Positions 11,201 to 18,873 of a stretch of 62,871 nucleotides of DNA are shown here, in pieces. The position numbers were made by a program, and so were the translations under genes. Under the pieces are notes generated by a model. The model was not told the DNA's origin, ran no database searches, and worked only from the letters and a program-made list of their open reading frames with translations. The stretch is taken from positions 1-62,871 of IMG/VR virus record IMGVR_UViG_3300042381_000268; one strand, given 5' to 3'. Origin of the DNA: a virus (lineage: Duplodnaviria; Caudoviricetes). Numbering within the stretch: the first letter of the stretch is position 1; the number at the start of each line of letters is the position of its first letter.

Positions 11201-14200
11201 ACGCTTGTGTGCCCATTTTCTATAGCTCTAGATCTATTTATAAGAATTGTATTGCCTAATTGTGCTCCATTTGCGCCACCTAAAATATTTTCAATTTCTT
11301 TTTTTGTTAGGTTTTTCTTTATTTTTTTTGCCGCCTTTAGCATTTCTTCAGCGGTATCAACTATTTCAAAATTAATGGTTACACCTAATTCTTTGCCAAG
11401 ATTTTTAGCAAATTCTATATCAGTATCTAAGTCTTCACCTAGTTTTTCTTTTACATAAACGTCTCTAGCAGCTATTTCTAATTCATCTCCTGCTAGTTTA
11501 CTTTTGCCTTCTTCTTCCAATGCAATATTTATCTTACTATAGTAATCTTGTTTGCGCGTGGTTGACATAGAACCAAATGCTTGGGCTTTTTCTAGAACCC
11601 TATTTTGCGTAGTACGAAGGTTATATATACCCCATCCTTCTTGAGCGTTTAACTGTAATTTTTTAGTATTATAATCTTCATTATTTTTTTTACGAACATC
11701 TTCATTACCAAGGATACCTTCTCTAGCATCAACTGTTTCTTTCCAGGCTTGCTCGTAGCTTTCTTTTGCGGCTTTTAATTGAGATTCAGACATGGAACCA
11801 TCCGCCATTGTTTCCTTAAAGTTTTTAGCTAAACTTCTTAGCTTTTGGTTTAAGTCACCAACCTCTTTTACTTGGTCAATACTTAAATCTTTGCCTAATC
11901 TATTTATTATTTCCTCTTTTTCTCCTTCAAATTCATTTATTATTTCTTCAGCCAATCTTCTGGCTTCCGGGGACATAGGTAATTTATTTAAATCATCAAT
12001 CGATGTATCATGATTAATATCCTCGTAATTTGTTATATCTCTTAATTTTTTAACTTTTTTAGCACGATCTGTCATCTCCTTGCGGGTACTAATCTCACTA
12101 ACTATAGCGTTAGTCATAGGTTTAGCCGATGCCATAGCTGCAAAACCCGGCCCCATAAAAGCCCCAGCTGCAGTAGCGTCCGGTACTCCTTCCCATATAC
12201 TTTTTTTAGTATCTCCAAGGATATAAATGTCCCCTAAATTATTTGATAGTTGAGTTAATCCTTCTGTAATACCCTCTCTAGGTATTGACTTAGCGGCCTC
12301 TTTTACAAATACACCTGTATTGTGTCTAATACCTCTATATAAAGCGTCTTTAGATACAGCTTTCAGTGATTTAGTGGTATTCTTTAAAATTTGCATGGAT
12401 CCAAACTTTTCAAAAACAACTTCGGCTATTCCACCTACTGCTGAAGAAGTTAATCTTTGCCCCTCTGATATATTTAATATACGTTTATCCTCTTTTATTT
12501 GAGCGTTTACTGCAGCAGTTTGCTCTTCAGAAAGAGTGCCACTTTCTAAAGCATCTACATTTTCTTGAAGTCTACTAACCGCGTCTACTTGTTGTGATTG
12601 GATTTCAGATGATTTTGAACCAAAACCACTTAAAAAGAATAATGGAAGAGCAATTTCGCCGGTAAGAGCCATTCCGATAGAAGAGGGCATGCTAGTTGTT
12701 GTTGCCGCTGCCCATCTACCTAAATCATCAAGGTCTTTTATTCCATCAACACTAACTCCTTTTTGATATGAACTTTGTTCTTTCTCTAAATCTCTACTAA
12801 CACTATATATAGGGTCTAATACTAATCTTTTTGTTATAGAGCGTTTAGCTTCCCATAAGTCCGCAAAAGAGCGACCTGTTCCAGATTGTGCACCTACTAT
12901 AGCCAAATCAGTTAAGCCTGTAGCTATCTCCGTTACGCCACCAGCAATATCTACCGCTGTCTTTTTTAAAGCAGTTGCGGTTTGCTCAAGTCTATTATAA
13001 TTTGCTTTTGAGGCTTCTAAGCCTGCGACTATAAGTTTTTCACTATTAGGAGCTTTATCTACAAGATTATTAAAGTTCTCTAACTTTTTATTATAAGCTA
13101 ATATTTGCTTTTGCGCATTTGATTTTTCTAGGGGGGTAGCATTTTTATTGCTAATAATTGATTTTATGGTATTATCTAATGCAATACCTTCTGCTTTTAA
13201 AGCCTCCCCTGTTTTTGGCAAGTTCTTTATCTCTATAAGTTCTTTATTCTTTATAGCAGTTAAAGCCACTCTAGCTTCAGGGTCTAAATCATTTAACGCT
13301 TTTTCAAATCCATATTGCCTTGCTTTGTCATTTTCTGATCCTATAAATTTTTCTAATTTTTCTGTGCTAGGAAAAGGCATTTGGCCAGTTTCTTTATATA
13401 TTTTATATTGATTATATTCATCTGGATTATTAAAATCTTCTTTATTTAGCTTTATTGCATCAATATATTCCTTTTGTGACTTAGTTGAATATGGCGTATT
13501 ATCTCTTAAACGATTTCTTTTAAGCTCTTCTTTTTCTTTAAATTGATTTATTGAAGTTTCGTTCCATAGTTTTATTTTTTGCTCAAAAGTCCTAGATGGA
13601 GGAGCGGCTTTTTTAGTAATAGCGTCGTTTATTTTACCATATTTAGCCTTTGCTTCTTCTGAAAAATTAGTATTACCATATTTTTCTATAAGATCATTTA
13701 ACGCATCGGCAGAAGCTTGGCGTTCTTCCTTGCTTAGAAACGAGCCAACTCGCTGCCCTAAAATCTGCTCAACTTGGTCTCCATTCTTATTACCAATTGT
13801 AATAGCATTCATACGGTCAATGCCATATTTATCCACCGCTCTAGTCTCAATAGGGGTTAACCCATACATTGCAACTATGCCCTTAAGGTTTTTAGAGACC
13901 TCCTCTTCGCTTTCAAAATTAAGCATGGACGCTGTAATAGGCCTCGCCGGAGTATTCTCTATAACCTCATTTGTGTCTCTATCTACTAATTCTTTTGAAA
14001 CATTAGCGTCTATTATGGCTCTTCTTGCGGCTCTTTCTTTAGCTTTAGCTTCCTCTTCAATTTCTTTCTTTTTAGTAAATTCAGTTTTTATTTTTTGTTG
14101 CTTTTTACTTTTAGTAAGCTCGTCCTTAAAACTCCAAGCCTTTGTAGGCTGTCCAATGTCCGTACCCGCAAATGGATCTGATCCAGATGTAAATACCGGC

Positions 14201-14424
14201 TTGTCTTCTATTACGGTTTTTTTAACCGGCTCCTTTTTATTTTTTTTAGTTGCAGTGTCTATTCCTAAAAGTTCAGCCCCCGACTTTACTTTAGTTGCAT
14301 TCGGCTTTGGTTTATACCCGTTTTTTTTAACTATAGCATCAAAGGAGGTTTTACCCTCCTTCGCCATTTTAGTAATTTGATCGTATGTAATTATATTACC
14401 TGAACTGTCTATGTATTCAAACAT
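5272..14424 (-). CDS. Giant internal virion/ejection (polyvalent) protein with zincin, sigma-region-2-like and HAD domains
   Basis: 3050 aa at the end of the virion module; HELLH at aa 1078; sigma-2-like from aa 1326; FDFDDT/TARP/SDD HAD motifs from aa ~2130; five KFS-like motifs. Confidence 0.8.
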   Translation of the reverse strand: MFEYIDSSGNIITYDQITKMAKEGKTSFDAIVKKNGYKPKPNATKVKSGAELLGIDTATKKNKKEPVKKTVIEDKPVFTSGSDPFAGTDIGQPTKAWSFKDELTKSKKQQKIKTEFTKKKEIEEEAKAKERAARRAIIDANVSKELVDRDTNEVIENTPARPITASMLNFESEEEVSKNLKGIVAMYGLTPIETRAVDKYGIDRMNAITIGNKNGDQVEQILGQRVGSFLSKEERQASADALNDLIEKYGNTNFSEEAKAKYGKINDAITKKAAPPSRTFEQKIKLWNETSINQFKEKEELKRNRLRDNTPYSTKSQKEYIDAIKLNKEDFNNPDEYNQYKIYKETGQMPFPSTEKLEKFIGSENDKARQYGFEKALNDLDPEARVALTAIKNKELIEIKNLPKTGEALKAEGIALDNTIKSIISNKNATPLEKSNAQKQILAYNKKLENFNNLVDKAPNSEKLIVAGLEASKANYNRLEQTATALKKTAVDIAGGVTEIATGLTDLAIVGAQSGTGRSFADLWEAKRSITKRLVLDPIYSVSRDLEKEQSSYQKGVSVDGIKDLDDLGRWAAATTTSMPSSIGMALTGEIALPLFFLSGFGSKSSEIQSQQVDAVSRLQENVDALESGTLSEEQTAAVNAQIKEDKRILNISEGQRLTSSAVGGIAEVVFEKFGSMQILKNTTKSLKAVSKDALYRGIRHNTGVFVKEAAKSIPREGITEGLTQLSNNLGDIYILGDTKKSIWEGVPDATAAGAFMGPGFAAMASAKPMTNAIVSEISTRKEMTDRAKKVKKLRDITNYEDINHDTSIDDLNKLPMSPEARRLAEEIINEFEGEKEEIINRLGKDLSIDQVKEVGDLNQKLRSLAKNFKETMADGSMSESQLKAAKESYEQAWKETVDAREGILGNEDVRKKNNEDYNTKKLQLNAQEGWGIYNLRTTQNRVLEKAQAFGSMSTTRKQDYYSKINIALEEEGKSKLAGDELEIAARDVYVKEKLGEDLDTDIEFAKNLGKELGVTINFEIVDTAEEMLKAAKKIKKNLTKKEIENILGGANGAQLGNTILINRSRAIENGHTSVGSHELLHAITESSFKANEGTANKAGEKLLEYLKESQPDLHAIVSERMKAYEDKDGKPIATNYGEEVLNALSDTFKDGKKPNESALTRISNFLNTLTKGIIGSNPSSLDVASLDSMDGSNIYNLIKDYHSILGGKDSNIKSRFLYSNPIQEEEEEKSTDLKFSKTSKELKAELEDLEENEGDYDPDDFDQQVRNLEDKIKKAIEKEKAGIAPVVKKEVTEEETDKEIIKNEKGSISSDKVQRIYEEKGVNGAQEIIDLFKPITKKLVNKRMDAPGFDRELLTSEIETGDGGLLYLIRSYKSEKGVPLAAYINKQLPLRAIAASRRILDKDFSKDVTEEKGLIAEETVSEVKEKPKYKNALESNVFSPDILKTATNKIVTIVRTLKSRIDAPITLNRTVTPLISEIRDEVGKQLDIDIKTMLGGKKDGVLRKELLRIKKYILENMTTTWLMGKDGQGGIPQAIQKQIDGKWVSFPDWVGQKIDREKTTTDQAGRTSGAELVRRLPNVNNNVSNEDFLAQIIGPDGNPIRGRKESVSKAMAEEGAFDIINADLESQGPIYEALSANQTRLGVEVMENFPAVFQKDSDRGNIKFSKTFNNFDLSQKQYIIDNSIKLASELANINYNLIPDEDDIFKALQKVYNNGTISNENLKELSKDIKGYYTPILAPLLKKQSADYVKNFINASLEENSNKLDYQKNNQLKDAEGKIVDSIGSLFNQQQYIRQAQSFTSKFITHLGKKYNNEELSARLRKIGSFLASQAQIGDDSLTIIDNQLVPQVPRVATDRKTKKEKKKRASDQIYSSKPSFWAAAKYALEAAGVVLEPGFSRNRKGYIEDDSKKLYANRNNAEYLENKKKTAIENQEFLYEILDWYYDPINKVPDIAKAMLWKSLNSSQESPLRKAAIAKWIFNENSGPKDFGDLRYEHLKSVDKTRAQLYKLFSGNLSKQERKNQFADIMEDFNVAVIPISMDKEIAKLGFQIKGIAGDVSEGSRYYNIATAGNEKLYSLINLDPNAEVKTLGDGFVRFSKTYDPQNGINIDAVTNSLTTKYSKSPKGISVFDFDDTVGLTKGSVLYTMPDGSKGKLNAEEFAKEGAKFLEDGAVFDFSEFSKVVDGKPGPMVEKMKKMIGKFGPENFFILTARPADAAGPIHEFLSSIGINIPLENITGLGNSTAQAKADWMVAKAAEGYNDFYFSDDAIQNVKAVENALKVLDVKSKIQQAKLKFSLTMSDDFNRIIEENKGVESYKVFSDITARRRGLKKNRFDLYVPPSAADFELLLYNFMGKGELGEEQKKFFQNALMTPYINGVNMMDAVRQSIKKEYKALLKSFPEVRKDLEKLTPNKDFTYDQAMRVAIWSQYGTEIPGLSQRDVTYLTDLINNDPELAAFKDGLIVMGRQKDGWLPPGTFWDSDTIVSDLYNITEGSGRKKFLAEFIENTENIFGKWEDGRLVGPNMNKVEAVYGTNVREALEDSIYRMINGKNRSFGQDKETTAWSSWVNGSTGAIMFLNTRSAALQMLGAVNFLNWRDNNPFNAGKAFLNQPQYWKDFARIWNSDKLKERRGGLREDVASAEIANAAAGSKNKVVAVTSYLLKIGYTPTQLADSFAIASGGAPFYRNRINSYMKEGLTEQEAESKAWQDFSKVSDETQQSGDPKDISKQQSSAAGRLLLVFQNFTMQQSRIVKKAALDLKNGRGDAKTNISKIAYYLAVQNIMFSTLQQGLFAVLFADDDEEDKEKDKKKKTKEDAAIDIANGVLDSILRGTGFVGGVTATLKNTVVKYLEERAKKQKAEYAKVVLEAANMSPPIGSKLRKTYSALQQTKYDKDLIAERGWGVMQDGRVHLGPMYSVTGKLVEVGTNFPMDRLVNKVENVSQAFNADNTAIQRLGVGLGYSPWTVGIEGTKGDILIKETAKATRKEEGLLKAKETRRENAERLKDSIEGLSPTEIRVYRRKIALEKKERRIQRAKEKREEMRKRRKRRMGE

Positions 14425-14440
14425 ATATCCTACTATTTAA

Positions 14441-16036
14441 TTATTTTTTTACTTTTTTTGCTGCTTTAGTTGAAGCACTTTCTAGTGCATCTTTCATTTC
14501 TGCATATGTTTTATTTTTAGCTATAAGAGTGCCTCCCACGCTTGTGGAAACATTATATGTTCCGTCATCATTTATTTCAACAACCCCCGACTGTTTAGTT
14601 CCATTAAAATAAACCGGTACTTTGTCAATAGATCCATTACCTAATACATCTTGTACAGTTGTTCCTGTATTTGCCGCTACATACTGCGCTCCACCTTTTC
14701 CGCTCTTACCGGACTTTTTTGCTACTTTCTTTTCTATAGAAGTTTTAACGGAGCCATCATCATTTAATATAGGGGTGAATTCATATTGTTTAGTTAATAT
14801 ATCTTTTTGCACCATGGTATGGGCTAGTTCGGCCATTTCCTTTTGCGGTTGCGTTACCGGGTCTCTATTCGGTTTGCCATCTTTGCTAATTAAACCAAAT
14901 GCCTTTTGTATATCTTCTATTTTTTTCTTGTCCTCAGGTTTAGTATCTTTATCATTAGCCATAGCCTCAAGTTTAGGCTCAAGTACATTAAAGTATAAAC
15001 TCTTTACGGATAATTCATGGTCAGCTGTTGATTCCGCAAATATAAGTTTTTGTTTGTCTACCCAGTCTTGAGTAAAAAGCTTAGACATATCATTTTGTTG
15101 AAAATATGTTCTAGTAGAATTTGTAACAACACCATTTGTAATTGTAAGATCAGTATCTTGGTAAGCAACTCCGTTAACTATTGTTCTCCCCTTATACTCT
15201 GTCTCTTTACCATCTTGAGTTGCCGCAATTTTAAATGATTCGTTTAAAACACCTGTAGGTTCAGGTTTTCCATCTTTACCTGTTTTTGTTTTTTCCCATA
15301 TTGTAGCTTGACTTGCGTTATAAGCTATTCCAGCGTCTTCGGTATCGGGCACTCTTAAAATAACGTTTTCCCCCCTTGTTTGTATTTGTTTCATAATATT
15401 GTCCCCAATGGTCAAAGGTGCATCTTTACCTCCAATTTCAAAAGACATGGAGTTTTCCATTTGTTTAGTTTCGCTATTATATTTGCTTGAGAATCCGGTA
15501 CCTTTAACATTTGGGTTTAATCCCGTCCCGGCTTTAAGGCCTTCCATAAGCTCTTCTGCGTTGAAAAATCTATCTATAGATCCTGATGTTCCAAATCCTT
15601 TTTTATAATCTTCTGCAAACCCGGTTCCTATATCAGCAAATGTTCCAATAAAAGCAGATACTCCCCCGGGAGATAAACGTAAAGCATTTAATTCTATTTT
15701 TTCTTCCGGTGTTATACTACCTTGTATATTTTTAAGCGATAAATCTCTTACCTTATTAGTATTTTCATCAAATGTTTTTGAAAAGTCTATCTTTGTATTC
15801 TTATTTGATACAGCAGCAGCATCTGCCTGATATGATAAAGCGGTTTCGTCTGCTTCTCTATTTTCTTTGGCGTCTTTCTCTTCTTTTCTTTTCCGTTCCT
15901 CAGCATTTGCTTTCATTTGAGCTATATAGTCTGTGCTTGTTTTACTTACAAGATTAGCTATATTAGTTGTAAGATCCCTAAAGTGTTGCCCCGTTTGTGT
16001 GTCTACGTATCCAGTTGGATTTGCATATTCTCCCAT
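14441..16036 (-). CDS. Putative internal virion protein
   Basis: Lies between the small and giant ejection-type proteins; no recognised motif. Confidence 0.55.
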   Translation of the reverse strand: MGEYANPTGYVDTQTGQHFRDLTTNIANLVSKTSTDYIAQMKANAEERKRKEEKDAKENREADETALSYQADAAAVSNKNTKIDFSKTFDENTNKVRDLSLKNIQGSITPEEKIELNALRLSPGGVSAFIGTFADIGTGFAEDYKKGFGTSGSIDRFFNAEELMEGLKAGTGLNPNVKGTGFSSKYNSETKQMENSMSFEIGGKDAPLTIGDNIMKQIQTRGENVILRVPDTEDAGIAYNASQATIWEKTKTGKDGKPEPTGVLNESFKIAATQDGKETEYKGRTIVNGVAYQDTDLTITNGVVTNSTRTYFQQNDMSKLFTQDWVDKQKLIFAESTADHELSVKSLYFNVLEPKLEAMANDKDTKPEDKKKIEDIQKAFGLISKDGKPNRDPVTQPQKEMAELAHTMVQKDILTKQYEFTPILNDDGSVKTSIEKKVAKKSGKSGKGGAQYVAANTGTTVQDVLGNGSIDKVPVYFNGTKQSGVVEINDDGTYNVSTSVGGTLIAKNKTYAEMKDALESASTKAAKKVKK

Positions 16037-16063
16037 GTTATATTAAAGTATTTGCTATTATTC

Positions 16064-16804
16064 TTACCCTTTTTTAGAAGCCGCATAGCCTTGGCCCGTT
16101 GCCTGCGCAATACTGCCTAATGCGCTAAGCCCTGAAGTTATCGCTCCTGTTTGATCAGCTCTCGCTTGTGCGGCTTGTTGACCAGCAATACCAGCTAATC
16201 CAGCTGTCCTATCAATTTCTTGTTGCTGTCTGTTTTCAGTAGCATTAAACACAAATTGTTTGCCAGCTACCTCTGCGTTTTGTATTCTTTCTGCTTCTGA
16301 TAATTGAATACCTTGTTGTCTTTGAGCCTCTGCAATTTTTGCTTGCTGCATTTCCTGCTGTCCTTGGGCTTTTAATTTTTCATTCTGTGCTTCTTGCTGT
16401 TCAATAGAAGCAGATATACCTTGTTTACTCTTTAATGCTGCTTGAGCTAAAGCAGTTGCCCCACCCGCGCTAGCACCTGTATCTCTAAGCGTATCCAATG
16501 TGTTTGCTAATGACAAGTCAATCTGCTCAGCCTCAAATTTAGCTGCCTGAGTAGCTACCCCTAAGTTAGCATATGGATTACTTATCATACCAGACAAATC
16601 TTTAGCCATACTACTAAGGTTTTTTACATTAGCATACGGATTAATTATTGCTTGCCTGTTCTTTTCTAATTGAGCTAATTTAGCTAATTGTTTTCTTTTT
16701 TCTCTTTCAGCTCTTCTCCTTGCTTTTGAAGCAGACATAGAGCCAAATACTGAACTACCTATAGTTAGGGCTGCTCCTACACACCCGGTGACTACCATTG
16801 ACAT
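16064..16804 (-). CDS. Putative small internal virion (ejection) protein
   Basis: Ala/Gln/Gly-rich with hydrophobic termini and coiled coil, typical of podovirus ejection proteins. Confidence 0.6.
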   Translation of the reverse strand: MSMVVTGCVGAALTIGSSVFGSMSASKARRRAEREKRKQLAKLAQLEKNRQAIINPYANVKNLSSMAKDLSGMISNPYANLGVATQAAKFEAEQIDLSLANTLDTLRDTGASAGGATALAQAALKSKQGISASIEQQEAQNEKLKAQGQQEMQQAKIAEAQRQQGIQLSEAERIQNAEVAGKQFVFNATENRQQQEIDRTAGLAGIAGQQAAQARADQTGAITSGLSALGSIAQATGQGYAASKKG

Positions 16805-16807
16805 AAT

Positions 16808-17281
16808 CTATTCGTTTAAAAGTTTATATTCTTTAAATTCATCATACGATTTCCACGTAAGTAAATTTTCTAAAGTTTCTATATCTGTTATATTATCTGG
16901 GTTAGGATATACATTGACAAAAACGCTATCCTCAAGCGCGTGTAAAACTCTTTTTGCTCCCATTGGCGCAGTAACATAACAAGGGGCAATATAATGGTTA
17001 ACACCCTCGCTGGTGGCTATTTCGAGCTCCCCACTGAGCAAAAACCAAGTATGTGATATCTTATACATTTTACCAATTACAAAGCCTCCTTTGCGCATAA
17101 ACATCTCCCTAACATATATACCTTCAGAGAATGAATGTTTCAACGGAAAAGTGCCGTCATCGCCTTTAGCAATACCAGGTAGATCACTACTTAATAAAGC
17201 TTTTTCAAGGTGATCAACTATATTCATAAAGTCACCATTTATTAATCCTTGTTCTGGTTTTAGTGTTATATCTTTATCCAT
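16808..17281 (-). CDS. Cupin-fold phage protein
   Basis: HSFSEGIYVREMF..KG..VIGK..K.SH..FLLSG pattern. Confidence 0.65.
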   Translation of the reverse strand: MDKDITLKPEQGLINGDFMNIVDHLEKALLSSDLPGIAKGDDGTFPLKHSFSEGIYVREMFMRKGGFVIGKMYKISHTWFLLSGELEIATSEGVNHYIAPCYVTAPMGAKRVLHALEDSVFVNVYPNPDNITDIETLENLLTWKSYDEFKEYKLLNE

Positions 17282-18840
17282 TAATATGAAGATTCTACAT
17301 ATCCTAATGACACGGCAAATAGTTCATTTCTACTACTTGGAGCACCAAAAATGCTATTATTAATTAACATAGAAACATTTGCATAATATCCTTTAATACC
17401 ACTAATTGATTGCCCAAATACAACATCTCCTGCTCCGGCGGTGGTATTATTTACAATGTTTGCAAAGTATTTATTTTCTTTTTTCTTGAAGTTATTAATG
17501 GCTATTTGAGTTTCTAAGTTAGCCAATGTATTTACTTGAGCACTATAAGCAATATTCACTGCTCTATCCGTATCGGTTATTAAGTTTAGCGATTGCCAGC
17601 CATTTGTTCCCTCGTAGTTTATAGTATTAAACGTTTTGCATCCTGATACCTCTGGATTAAATACAAACGCAATATTAGAATTGTAGGTTGATCCATAGAA
17701 ACTTCCTCTATATACACTGTTTGTATAATGTCTCCATATATTACCTTCCTTAAAAGTAAATGTTTCGTTTCTTAAACTTTTAATAACTTCAGGTTTGTAT
17801 GTGTATCTACTAACCCAACCTTTTGTATCCTCGTCAAATGCTAATGTTTCATATTTTCCTTTAGAAGGTAGATGCATAGATAAGATATATTGCTTATTGT
17901 GCATGTCCCATCCGCCTACTACAAATCCACTATTGCCAACACTAGATAAATTATCTCTAAAATAATCAAGCATACCATATGCTGATATTTCAGTTATGCC
18001 ATCCTGTGACAATCTTAATACAGCATTCTTTGTTCTATCTGTAAAATATTTTCGATACCCATACATCGCAAAACTTTCCGGGTTAGTACTAATACCATAA
18101 TTTCCGCCATAAGCCTGTATTTGACCTATAACTTGTGCTGATGATGTAGTTACTGGACTACCTTCCGCGGAATATATTGCATTTTTATCAATTAATGCTT
18201 GACTAACTTTGCCTTCCTGGAATATAATAAGATTGGTATCTTCCGCATAAAGCTTTTGTATAGAGCCATTCGCAGGGTCTACAGCTTTTGTTATATCTAC
18301 ACCAACCGAAAATTCATTAGTTCTATTAACGCCTGTTCTTGAGTTAAATATACCTGAATATATCATAGAATTAGCTAAGTGTTGTTGCTTAACAACATCA
18401 TCTACTATATAAGCTTTTACGCCAAAATCAACAGTAGTATTATTATAGCCTCCTCTTATCCTAGCTTCCTCAATGTGCCAATCTTCGTTTTCTTCTCCTT
18501 CGCCTACTTCCGCATAGGCTGCTGGTATATATGTAAAATCAGATAATGGGCCAAACGTTAAGGTAGTACCCGCTGTTAATATGGCATCTAATGGAGTTGT
18601 TAAATAAATTTTAATACCCTCTACACTATACACAAAATTTGTTTTAGCGTTAACCCCTGAGGACCAAGATATTTTTTGGCCTACGGCTATTTTAGCATTG
18701 GCGTCCTCTAATATAATAGAATCATCGCCTATTGCTCCCGCTTCATCTACTTTACCGGTTGTATTAACAACTTCGGTAACTTTTTTCATCTTCTTTAGCC
18801 AGAAAGAGTTAAAATATTTTATTTCTAATGTTGCAGCCAT
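17281..18840 (-). CDS. Tail stabilization/nozzle-like protein
   Basis: GSIQKL..DTNL, YGISTNPESFA.YG...YFTD, LRLSQDGITEIS motifs of crAss-related tail proteins. Confidence 0.7.
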   Translation of the reverse strand: MAATLEIKYFNSFWLKKMKKVTEVVNTTGKVDEAGAIGDDSIILEDANAKIAVGQKISWSSGVNAKTNFVYSVEGIKIYLTTPLDAILTAGTTLTFGPLSDFTYIPAAYAEVGEGEENEDWHIEEARIRGGYNNTTVDFGVKAYIVDDVVKQQHLANSMIYSGIFNSRTGVNRTNEFSVGVDITKAVDPANGSIQKLYAEDTNLIIFQEGKVSQALIDKNAIYSAEGSPVTTSSAQVIGQIQAYGGNYGISTNPESFAMYGYRKYFTDRTKNAVLRLSQDGITEISAYGMLDYFRDNLSSVGNSGFVVGGWDMHNKQYILSMHLPSKGKYETLAFDEDTKGWVSRYTYKPEVIKSLRNETFTFKEGNIWRHYTNSVYRGSFYGSTYNSNIAFVFNPEVSGCKTFNTINYEGTNGWQSLNLITDTDRAVNIAYSAQVNTLANLETQIAINNFKKKENKYFANIVNNTTAGAGDVVFGQSISGIKGYYANVSMLINNSIFGAPSSRNELFAVSLGYVESSY

Positions 18841-18873
18841 ATTTTATAATCACTTGTTTTTTTATATTTTTAA

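Noticed and set aside
5272-14424. Giant protein as a crAss- or N4-type virion RNA polymerase
   Set aside because: No DxDxD polymerase catalytic motif in a suitable context was seen; DFDDT belongs to a complete HAD motif set.
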